Of a stretch of DNA of 34,039 nt, positions 1 to 11,322 are shown piece by piece. Every line of letters begins with the position of its first letter. Within the stretch, counting starts at the first letter, position 1. The DNA is from Catajapyx aquilonaris (lineage: Eukaryota): assembly GCA_000934665.2 (NCBI GenBank), contig JYFJ02001299.1, forward strand, positions 62,001 through 96,039. The letters run 5' to 3'. Both the position numbers and the translations under genes were made by a program. The notes under the pieces are model-generated. The model was not told the DNA's origin, did no database searches, and saw only the letters and a program-made list of their open reading frames with translations.

Positions 1-285
1 ATGTCGTTAGTGTACGGATTCGTTAGCCTGGAAATGTTTCCATGCCCGGTCGGGTTTCCCAAGGGCTCTTCATTATTCTTTATGGCAACGCATGACACTG
101 TTGAACCCCCCGCTTCATTAATTTTCATCAGGTTCTAGTTACATGCCCGGTATTGTGTGGCAGGTACAATAATAGACCTATTCTTTCGCCATGGAAGGGC
201 TGACCACCTGAATGGTCAAATTTGCTCGACAAATCAGGCAAATAAAGTGTGAGGAAGTGTCCGATTGCACTGTAGTGTTATACTG

Positions 286-448
286 CAGGGGTCGAATTTA
301 AAATATTTCGTCCAGATGCAAAGTTTTGATTTGAAGTGAAAATTACTTATACTTGGAGTGCTTAGTTTTTAAATACTTAGTCCATATCTAAAAGCAGGAC
401 AAACTGGAGTGCAAATTGCACCTTTGCATCTGAATATTTCGACCACTG
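286..448. mobile_element. hAT-like MITE (163 bp, non-autonomous DNA transposon)
   Basis: Terminal inverted repeats CAGGGGTCGAA (286-296) and TTCGACCACTG (438-448, one mismatch), extended by subterminal CAGATGCAAAG / CTTTGCATCTG. CAG(G/T)GG termini are typical of hAT elements. Flanks TTATACTG / TTACTGTA are only an imperfect 8-bp target-site duplication, consistent with an old copy. Confidence 0.7.
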
Positions 449-1598
449 TTACTGTAAGTGTCCAGCCCACTTTTCTTTAAACAGGATTTATCCTGTGAGC
501 AACTCTTATCCGGCTTGGTGTGAAAATTGTCCACTGCAGCATGGCTAGTATCTTCAACCACCAAACCACGCCATTAGGGTCCCAAGTTCCGCGCATTTTA
601 ATCAAGAAGAGATTGCAAACAGTCTCGGAAGAAGTGTTGGTAGTGGAGGATAGTTCTCCATTTCCCCTATACTCAGAACTTGCTGGAGAATCTTGCGGCC
701 CTGAGATGATACCCCCCCCCCCCTTTCCAGTCATCCAGCTGCAAATGCGTTTTTTCGCAGGAGGTCAGAGGCCTTCTCCTATATTCCTAATCCGCCTGCC
801 ACATTCCTTCATCCATAAAAAAGCGGTTGGGCGGAATGCACGCTCCGAAATAATAACGAGAAAAACCTTGGCCACAAAATGGCGCTCCAGCCACCAAAAA
901 CACCCATCGTCGCCATTGAAATAAACGAGCCGCATTTTCCTCCAGGCATGACCGAAACGCCGCGTTCATGACGATGTCAAACGGTCTCTTCTCCTTTGTA
1001 CCTTATATCCGAGGGGGCCATCTTGGTTCTCTTTAGAGCGCTGTTACCGGTCCCCCCGCAATCTCCGATACAAAAGATTTTCCCCCCGCTCTCACTTGGA
1101 AGCACCGCCACCTCCAGGCATCAAGCCTTCCAACTTTAATCAGAGACTGCGGTGTCCCCCCTCCCCCCCCCAAAAAAAAGTGAGAGGGAGGTGTGTGCAC
1201 GTGGCAGGTATATTAATCCCATCCGTCTTCGATTATTGGGCATCAAATCGGATGATAGGAGGAAAGAACGGTTGGTTTCATTTCCAGCATCTGGACGACT
1301 TTGGATGATGATTATGACGAAGAAGGGAGCACCCAACCTAATATTAGCACCTAATAATGATAACCACTATTTTTAAGATTGAATATTTTTTTAAAGTAGA
1401 CATTTTGTGTGACATTTCCTGAGGTGGACATGTTGTCAGGAGAGTGTTGCCTCTTAATTGGAGAAATCTGGGCACAGACACTAGCGTTAATGTAGTTTGC
1501 AAAGTGAGCTTAGGCCGTTAAATTAATTGCCTTGAGAGATGAGTCTGAATTCAGGGGGTACAATGCAGAACCTCCAACGCACGTAGATGAAACATTTC

Positions 1599-1689
1599 CG
1601 TACAAAATCCATGAGCCAAGCAGCATGTTGCTGGGACCCCGTTTAGAATAGCATTAGCCGCACAGAGACGCGTCGTACAAAATCCATGA
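1599..1689. repeat. 16-bp exact direct repeat flanking a 59-bp segment
   Basis: CGTACAAAATCCATGA at 1599-1614 and 1674-1689. Confidence 0.85.
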
Positions 1690-2373
1690 CGTGTCTGGGA
1701 GTGTTTCGGTGTAACTGGCGATGCCTCTTCTCGTCATCGAGGTTGCATTAAAGCTCCAAGTTTCGCATCCTATCCGTCCGTACATGGTGCGCTGCAAATT
1801 CGATCAAGTCCTTTAAACTTTCCGTCGTGTTAGGAGTCGCGCGAATAATGAAACAACAATGAGATTCGCCATGATGATCGACGATCTTTGGCAGTCGCTT
1901 CCTTAATTCACTTTGCAATGTTTAAGATTCTCGACGGCAGCAGCGACTCAAATATTGGATTAGAGAAGCTGATGGAAGTAGGTCCGGAGGATGTCCTTGG
2001 CTGCCAGTTTTAAGTTAATTAACAGTCTCTTTTTTTGTCCCTTTGTCTCCATCGGACTTGTTGACTCGTGTTTGGAAATTTTTTACGGGTGATCAGGTAC
2101 AAAACAGGCACGAAATTTGTCAGAAAAAAAAAAACATTCGACGCGCTTACAACCCTGACTGTGAGAGCAGACTTCAAAGTTCATCACACTGATCGATTCG
2201 TATGTGGACAATCAAATATAGGACGTGATTAAACAGTTGACTGGTCGGTGACGCATGAAAAGTGCGCTCTAAAAGGTCAACATGCATCTGGGCTTTAGGT
2301 CCATTCTTCTTTTTCAGTAATGAACACGACTTATTAATTGGACAAATACGGGGGATGCTGCCACTCGGGGGGG

Positions 2374-2399
2374 CTCTCTCTCTCTCTCTGTGTGTGTGT
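2374..2399. repeat. compound microsatellite (CT)8(GT)5
   Basis: Read directly from the sequence. Confidence 0.9.
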
Positions 2400-4318
2400 A
2401 TCATAACGCGACAACAAATTTCTTGTTGGCATATGGCGATATGGGGAGCTGTTGTTTCCAAAATGCAAACAGGACGGTCCCAGGATCCATGCATACAAAA
2501 TGTAGCGGGCCGTAAACAATACTGAGTTTTAAATTACATCTGTGCTCTCAAAAAACTACTCGTGCAATATGCCCTCTCAAAAACAACCTATTTTTTAAAT
2601 AAAAAGGAGAAGGAGGCAATTTCATAAAAGTTCAGATACTGAAATGTGCAGGCCAGCAGACCTGTATACGCTCATTTTATTCGCTTAGGAAAACCCCGAA
2701 ATGGCGTACTCTGATGCGATTTTTGGCGCGCTTCAAACATTCGGAAGCCATAAGCAGCATTGCAGAAAAAAATGAAATTATAGTTTTTTTATCCGACTGA
2801 AAGCTCAAGATTAGAGTCGCCTCCCTCTCATGAGCGCCGCCAAATCTAGGAAGAAATACTTGGTATGGGTTTTAGTCTAAGACCAAATGGCAGGCGTTTT
2901 CCTGACATAAAGCCCGAGGAAATGACTGCAATGAAAGGAAATGGGCCGTGGCTTGGAGAGAGAGAGAAGACTTCTAGTGCTGACTCTGTACCGTCGACAG
3001 TCGTACATATATACCAGAACCTCTCCCGCTTCTAAAGTGGGGTTGGAATTAACCCCTCGCCTGCAAGTTTTAAAAAGACATGGGCCGGATTCTAATTTGC
3101 GGCAGGATTTGAATGGGATTATTGCAAGGAAAGGGAAGGGCGCGCCCTTCGCTCTTTTCTGATCTCCCCCAAAAAAAAATTTTAAAAAAAGGTCGAGTCG
3201 TAGCAAAGAGACTTGAGGGTGCACTAAACATTCCTTTCCTCGCCATAATTGTCTTCCGGTGTCTTTTTGCGGGATGGCTGCTTTCAACTGCGGGGTTGGG
3301 GGGAAAAGCCTGCACTTATGTGCGACCGGTTGAATTTTCGAGGATTGCAGCTTCCAATTTGGGGGGTTCAGACCACTCGTTTTTCGCTTCAACGAATACA
3401 TGTGGGGGACATCAAACCAGCTGACCTGCCCCAAAAATTTGTAAAATCACGGTTAAAAATGTCATTAAGAAAAATGAGTGTAACACCTCAAGTTATGCAT
3501 GTAATCTTCACTTTGTTGCCAGGCTGCGTGTAAAAGTCTTCCTAATCGTTTTAACCCTCCAGACGTGCTCACTTTTTTTTCTCTCTCTCACGCAGTACCT
3601 CACAGAGTGCATGTATATACCCCCTAAAGTAATGGTCTCGACATCGTTGGTAAGACCCTCCCAGATCCAGTCCATAACCCTTTTGAGAGAGGTGCTCTTC
3701 CCAGCCTCCATGCTTTTAATGGGCGGCCCAGCTTCCGCGGGCACGTGCCGTAAAGACATGGAGGTCTTGTCCCGTACTTCTGGGTTCACGCTGCCTAATG
3801 ACCCTCTTACCTATAATGGCTCGTAAAGCCTTGAATTTTCCCCACTCCACCTACAAAAGCCCTACCCTTGTCTATATACCGGGAGGGGCCACGACCATTA
3901 CTTTGTGTCCACTGTTGAGTGCGTATCAAGTGCTTTTCGCGTCCTGACACGTCTTAATTTCATTACGCTTCATAGAGAGAAAAAATGGTACAACAAAAAT
4001 GCATTTATGCATATAAAAATAATGGGGGTGATGTTAATTTATTAGAGCTTTCCATTAAATAAACCTAGGGCGTGGTTGGGTTTTTTTTTTCTTCCTTTCA
4101 GGGAGGTGTAATGATTGTTTATGGCCAACATCTTACTCATTACATGTATAGTATATCATCCCCTTTCTTCTACCACGGAAGCCTCGGAGCTGAAAATCAA
4201 AGACCTTTCCCACCCTTTACGCTCCTAACAAGATTTAATCACTTCAAAAGTTTCTGGCGGTTCGTATAATTTGGGAAGATACTATAGCTCTTCTGCCGCC
4301 ATTTAAAAGCACCCACAT

Positions 4319-4538
4319 ACATTTCCCATGCGAGTTTAAATAGCAGTTGGATAAATAGGTTTTAATCTGTTGTAAAAATATCCCAAAGTTTGAGCCTCTT
4401 TTGGAATTACCTGTGCCATTTAGAGGCATCCAAAAACATTTCCCATGCGAGTAAATAATTTAAACAGAATTTCGGTAAATTGATTTTCAGTCTGTTGTAC
4501 TATTAATAACATAAAGTTTGGGCGTCTTTTGGAATTAC
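4319..4538. repeat. diverged tandem duplication, period about 117-128 bp
   Basis: Collinear shared blocks: ACATTTCCCATGCGAGT (4319-4335, 4436-4452), TCTGTTGTA, AAAGTTTG, and TCTTTTGGAATTAC (4397-4410, 4525-4538). Confidence 0.85.
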
Positions 4539-7500
4539 ATGTGGTTTCTGCCTCAAAATCTCAAGTTTCCGCTCCAATGACAGCTTTGTTGCCTTCGTGG
4601 TTTTCAAAAATCGTCCCCTCAAAAAAAATTTCGTCTCAGGAGGGCGTAGAAAGAGAGAGAGAGAGAAAAAAAATCTTTGGAACTCTTCAGGGAACATTTT
4701 CCGAGCTCACTTTATTTTCTTTCTATACCGGTCTCTGGGATTTAACAAACTTTCTTTTTCTTCTGAAAAGATGAAGAAGAGGAAATGCCAGCAGGCGGCA
4801 ACTTCCAATCAACTCTACGGGGCCATTCCGATAGGATTTGACAACCACACACAAAGGAAAAAAGCAGATAAGTATCCAAGTGCGTGTCACTGAGCCCAGC
4901 GGAGTAACTATGAGAGCTTGGGTATATAGGAAGGAAAAAATGCATTGTCCTCAAAAATTTAATTTTGTAACGCGGGTATGGTATTAACGAGGCGAAGTCT
5001 TTCATCAATTACATCCCTATTAGCACCGGAATTTCGGCTTATAATTGCCCATATTTGAAGTACCATTCCAGGCATCTCGCGCAATTTAGGCCCATTGAGT
5101 TGCCTCGCCAACACTGAGCCCTCTGGATTTTTCCCATCCATTTCATCAAGGGTAGTTAGTATTCATCATATAAAAAGTGGGGGGGAGGGGGGGGGGCTCT
5201 GAAATGAAATATACGAACCCTTGAAAAAAAGGAGCGCGTACAGTGCAAATATTTTCATTATGCCTCGACACTGGAAAAAAAAATTCACGGAGACCTGCCC
5301 ACAATAATTTAAATAATACGTTTTTTCGCCCATGAGAAAGACAAATAATGGGCGGCATTTTCAAACCGTTCGCAAAAATCTAACCGGTCGTACAAAAAAA
5401 AGCTCCGTTTTTGACGCAACTGTGAGAGTAAACAGGGTTTCAATCTGAAACCTAATTGAAGAAAGCTTTTTCTCTTGATGGTCTAGTCGTTGGGCAAGGA
5501 AATCGGAGGATTTTCTGTCGTCTTTGAAGAGGTCGGTATATAGGAAGAGTGAGCCTCATATAACAGAAAAATTGGAGGCTTCAAATTCTGGTCGGCTCCG
5601 GCACATAATCATAACCAGTTTGAAGTGGCACTAAAAAATTTGCAGACAGGAAACTTTTTTTTGAGGGGTGAAAAGTCTGATGTCATAAAACTTTGGAGGT
5701 ACGAGTTGCTCCTGTGTATAAAATAAAACCTGTGCAATGTTTGGAGGCAATAAAACTGCTTTAAACTGCAGCAGAATTTTATTGCGACAGCACACGACAA
5801 TCAATCATTGTTTTGAAAAATTGCATGCTTCATTTTTCATCGTCCCAAAGCTTTACTGGGAAAAATATGTCCTCTCATTAGATAGATCCGAACTACATTT
5901 GTATGAAAAATGGATTCGGGATATAACCATGCGTAATTTTAAAATCCCAAGTTCATTCAACCGCTAAAAAAACCTACGCTCGAATAAGCCAACATGTCGC
6001 TTATCCTTAATACACACACAAAAAAAATGTAATCCTGCTGCAAAAGCATTCCGACTTTGAATTATTAATAACCCAGGTCCAAATCCAGCACTGGTAAATA
6101 GCGATGCAAAAGTATGTGTGTATTTTTTTTTACCTTCCATGCAGGGTGCTTATCGGTAATGATTAATGTGTACCCAAGAGACACAGAGCACTTCACAAAC
6201 CCGACCAATTTGGACGCGGGGAACTTGCCGACTATGCAAATTATGCGTGTCAGCAAAAAGCTCCAACCATTAGAGCTTCCGGGCTAGGATAGAGAGAAAA
6301 CTCCAAAAAAATAGGTTGCTAGCATTTCCGCTGGAAAAAAAAACTGCCTAGGAGATAGATGGTTTGAAAAAAAAGAGAGAGCAGTAATTGGATCATTCGG
6401 TAACAAGCGCCGTCAGATCTAACTAAATTATTGCCAACGCCTTTGAAATCCGGTCGTAAACCGCACTTTTTGAACGGCAAAGGCATGTTAGCAATAATCT
6501 TGATGCACAGCCTCTCGCCAAAAATTCAATTGTTTCCGTCCCAAAATTCGCCAATTTTTGACGCTTCTGATACGGATTTGAAAAAAAAACTGACGTCATT
6601 CACAATTTTATATCCGCAACCGAGCTTTGCAAATCGAATGCCACTTCAATAGGACATCATCTGACAATTAGTACCGGTTTGAATTAACGACAATGGTGCC
6701 CAATGACACAACATAACACTCTGGGGAATAAGCCAGCCCACTGAAAAGTCGATAACAAATAATTTTTGGGGGAAAAGTACGGATTTTGCGGAAGATTAAT
6801 ACTATAATATGCTTATTACATCAACAGAAAAAACATGTACGGTGTAATTTTATATAGACACAGAGGAGTCTACATTCATTTTTATGTAACCGTGCAAAAC
6901 TGGAACAATCGACTTAATTCGATTTGAACCCTGCTGACAGCTCGAATTAAAAGTGAAGGACCGTTGAAACACCAAAATGCTGCTACATATTTTACATAAA
7001 GGGTTGACCTGAATATTAAACAAGTTTTCTAAAATTATTATTTCAGGTCTACGCTAGAGGTCATGCGAAATAATATAGTTGCACACACTAGTGCATAGTA
7101 CAACATCAGCTTCACACTTAGCCTTGCAAAGCTTTGCCTTTTAAAAAAAATTTCACTACAACCTCAAAATAGAAAACGGTCCCAGTCCCAATAAAAAATT
7201 CACCACTTTCATTGTACTGTCCTTTCAAAGTCAGCCATTTTTTTCCCGTGAATTTTTTAACAATAGATGGCCCCCTGCTACTTTTATGTACTCAAAGCCG
7301 ACCTTTTCAGTGCGTACAACTCGAAGCCTTAAAAAGGAGTGCAAAATAGCTCTTTTCAGATAACAGCTACCGGACTTCACACATACAGCATCTATTATCC
7401 GTCACATTTTTTTTCTCTTCTTTCGTAGTGTGAAAAACCAGCTTTCAGCGATTTCTGCTAGGAAAGGTCCAGAGAGAGGGACGCTTGGAATCGATATTTG

Positions 7501-8539
7501 GACCAAAAAAGAAGAGTGTGGGTTGAGGGAGAAACCGGGCCTAACAACGTGACGCTTATCAGCATATTGCTCTCGGCGAAATGTGCACATCATAAAGATT
7601 GCGGTGTAGGAAATGGTTATGAGAGTCCAGATTTTTGTCCCGTAGCGGCAACACAAAAAAAAGGAAAAATCGTAGAGCAAATAAAAAATCTTTATTATCG
7701 TCGTTTCCGGTGTGACTCACATAAAGCTACATCACAATAATATTTAAAAATTAATACCACGCTTCATACTTACCATTAGTAACAGTTGTCGCTTCGGATC
7801 TAGCTTTACCATGCATATGGCGGAAATAATATTTTCAGTGATTTTTTCCCCCCCTTCAGAAGAGTCGATTTGCATTTTCGCGCCGCTCGTTCCATCCTCT
7901 GCTGGATTTCCGGAAGGATTTGATTAAGAAAGGATGATAAGAGTGGTGAAGGAAAGTTTCCAGCAGTGTTTTTCTTCCGTGGAAATCCCGCTTTGTTCCT
8001 GATCAATGAGGTCGAAATTATGCATATAAAAAAAAGGAAGTGGGGAGAAAAAAATAATAATTTGACGCTTTTAATCTCGCCTTCATCCACTCCGCTTCTT
8101 CACAAAATTTGAACGATTCATTTTCTATTCCATCCATATGGAAACGCCTGAATATGGAAAAATTTCTCAAACCCGCACAGGTAAACACTTTCTATAACAA
8201 AGTTTACTAACAAGTCAAACCCCATCGTAACACCCCCCAAATATTAGCCATTACCGTAACTACCTTTCAATATATTTTTTGACGGCCGGATGAAAGTCCA
8301 AAACCTGCTTTTCCAATTTGGCCCTTCCCCCACCCCCAAAAATAGAAGTGCCGTCTAGGTCCTTCCGGGTAACAAACGGTAAAGATTGGAGCTTCCCTAA
8401 CGAACCGAATCTTGGGGCCAGCCAAGGAACAAGATTTCAAAATTAGATTGAGTTCCAGGTTCCAACCTTCCTCGTTAAGCTTTCACCTCCTTCTGCTCGG
8501 GTCAACCTGGTCATCCCCACTTTATTACAAGGAAAAATA

Positions 8540-8579
8540 TACAGGGTGAGTCAGAACTGAAATTCAGACTCATCCTGTG
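8540..8579. mobile_element. minimal Tc1/mariner-like inverted-repeat remnant (about 38-bp hairpin)
   Basis: TA-CAGGGTGAGTCAGAACT followed after 2 nt by AATTCAGACTCATCCTGT (18-bp arms, 3 mismatches). It starts with the same TACAGGGTG terminus as the MITE at 33281. Confidence 0.55.
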
Positions 8580-10318
8580 TGTATACGAAAGTGATGAAAC
8601 AGCATTTCCCGCTAGATTATAGAATCTGACAGTTTCAGAAAATTTTGCTCCCAAAACTTTTTCATAACAATTTTTTTTTCGTTCTTTTCCTCTGCATCGT
8701 GTGTGTTGTTGGAAACTCCGTAAACGTCGGTATGATTTAGTTTCAGGGCCCGCGGGACAGCTTGATTGAAAGTTTCATTAGACATTTCGCTTCCACACTC
8801 AGGGCCCCTGCTGCAGGTGGTTTTTAATTGCGAGGGAACACAGGATGCCTCAATTACCCCGCCTGGCGGTTTGGATTGGATTGGAAATGGGGTGTGGAAT
8901 AACCATTTCAGGCCAAATGGATTGGAGACGCTATGGCCAACTGTTGATGACAACTACAAACTCTCGTCCCAAAAGCTAAAACGGACGCAAAAATTTGGAA
9001 CCTCGATTAAAGGTGTAGAGCGCAAAATCGAAAATTTGCTCTCCGTGCCTACTTGATCATTTGGGAGGGAAAATTTCAATTCGCTCTTTTGCCGCCACTG
9101 ACTCGTAGTGCCACCAGTACGACAGCATATTGGCAGATTTTTGCGCCCCCCGGAAGTTGGCTGCCTTAAAACAATTCCCATCGGAAACGAAGTGTCTAAA
9201 CCCCTTCAAAGGCTAAACCCGCTCGTTTTTCTTCTTAATCCAATTGCTACCTTAACCTGCCAGCCATTCTTTCGCCACTCTTGACGATTGGTTCCAAGTC
9301 AAAAAAAAGAGAGAAAAAGGAATGGAGGAAGGAGCAAAGTAGTCAGTTCAACGCTCTTATAAATCAAATCTGGGGAGGGGGGAGGGTCCGATTAGCTATA
9401 CTAGTGGAGGCTATAAATTCAAATGGCTACAAAAAAATACGATTCATGAATACTGACTGGGGAAAAGTTAGAGGGAAAAAGTTTGGACGTAAAAGCCCTA
9501 ATTTGTACCGAAATTGAAACATAAATAACATTGGCGCACATAATTAACATATATTATGTATTAATTACTTACCCGCAGATTATTCTATTTGAACTGCACA
9601 ACCACTTCAAAAATAATAAGCACTATGTCCAGTCAGTCTGGCGGAAATGTTCACTCAATTGGATTATATCCCATATAGTGAAAAGCCGCCGTCAATAATT
9701 AAAATAAATTACGTATTATTCATATGGTATTAACTTATGAAAAGCACTGCAAACTGTAGATATAACCGGAATTAAATTTTGCCGGGGTACTACCGTATGC
9801 ATAGAGCAACTACAGACCGCATTATTCATCTGCAAAATACTCGTATGTTAACATGTAAAATCGCCAACATGCAGCATTAGTGTAATAACTGTGACAAAAT
9901 GAAAGCCGAGTATGACATTATCAAAAAAACTGTCACTACGTCATGCAGCAGAGTACTGATAAATACTGCCACCTTAGACCCTGTCACTATATATATATTT
10001 CCAAGTGTAACAAGCTGAACCACATTCGCTTCGAACTGCTTAACCTTTTGGAGGCTATAACATTCCTCAATTCCTACAATTCATGACAACTAGGGCATAT
10101 AGATACACGAAGGAAGATAGACCCACCCACCGATCCTTTCCGTCTAAAGTGAGCAATGGAAGAGTTTGGCAGAGCACAAAGTGGCATGTTGAATTGTGCC
10201 AAGGAGACCTAAGTTGCCCATTTACTTAGGTCCTTTCAAAAAGGCAGAAGCACTTCTTTGGGCAGAAAAGAAGGTTTGAAAAAAGGGAGTGCCCACCACT
10301 ACCATTCCCCACTTCTCC

Positions 10319-10358
10319 AGAAGAAGAAGAAGAAGAAGAAAAGAGAAGAGAAAAGAAG
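10319..10358. repeat. (AAG)n microsatellite / purine tract
   Basis: AG(AAG)6 followed by a degenerate A/G-only tract. It explains the poly-Lys in ORF 10258-10512. Confidence 0.9.
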
Positions 10359-11289
10359 CAGGAGCCAAAGCCCTATTACCCGAGGTCGATACGCTGTAGG
10401 CACTTGCCTTAAAAGCATGTTTCTTCGATTTCTACCAGAAGGTGGCTTTTCTGAGGGGGAGATACTGGAAATTCTGCGGGTGCGATTACTGCTTCGGACT
10501 CCAGCCGTCTAACCCGCACTCAACATCGCCACAAGCGGAAAGATAATTGCCAAATATTCTGCACTTGGGTCAGGAAATGGCTCCCAGGTAGAGCCCTACA
10601 GTGCAAACAATGGCCCCACAATAATGGCGAATGCTGTTTACAAAAATTAAGTTGGTTGCAGTTGAAAGAATAAAAAGCAGGTGGTGATATTCTATGTTAT
10701 GACCAGAGACGGTGCTTTGAAACTTTGTGATGTACGTAATGTACATTATAGCTTTATCCTGTTAAAGTCAGACATAACGTGGTTAGACTTCTCTAGCTTC
10801 CTATACGTAAACACAGCCTCTGCCTCGAATTTATGTTAGACGCAAAGGAACACAACCGCGTCACCTTAAGTGCAACGCATAAGCCCGCTCCGGTTGAACA
10901 ACCACTCCAGAGATGGCGGTGGAAAAAAAAGAAAGAGACAATGGCCCTTGTTTCACGTGACCAGACGGTATAGCATCAGGCAGTCTGCAGTCGGCGGCGT
11001 TTCTCTAAAGCCTTCTGCCTTCTCCGTTCCTGAGAGATAACCCCCGGAAGTTTCCATCCGCTGGTATTGTGCTCCTCCAAGGAACACTCAGCTCATCATG
11101 CGGCTAAAGAGGCGGCGGCAATACTATCAACACGAGCACACTTTCCTCGCATTTCCCAGGAGGGACTCAAACACCTCCAAGCACATCCAAACCCTAGTCT
11201 TTTACATTTCTCTCCGGAAAGACTAAGGTTGCCAGTACAAACAGAACGAGCTTCCAGTCCAAAAGTCTCTCGCCTTCACTCCCTCAATG

Positions 11290-11322
11290 GAAGAAGAAGA
11301 AGAAGAAGAAGAAAAAAAAAAA
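11290..11322. repeat. (GAA)8 microsatellite plus poly-A run
   Basis: Read directly. It explains the poly-Glu/Arg/Ser stretches in overlapping ORFs. Confidence 0.9.

Noticed and set aside
1869..1975. C/D-box snoRNA (ATGATGA ... CTGA)
   Set aside because: The boxes are present, but the terminal stem is poor, there are no clear C'/D' boxes and I recognise no rRNA-complementary guide.
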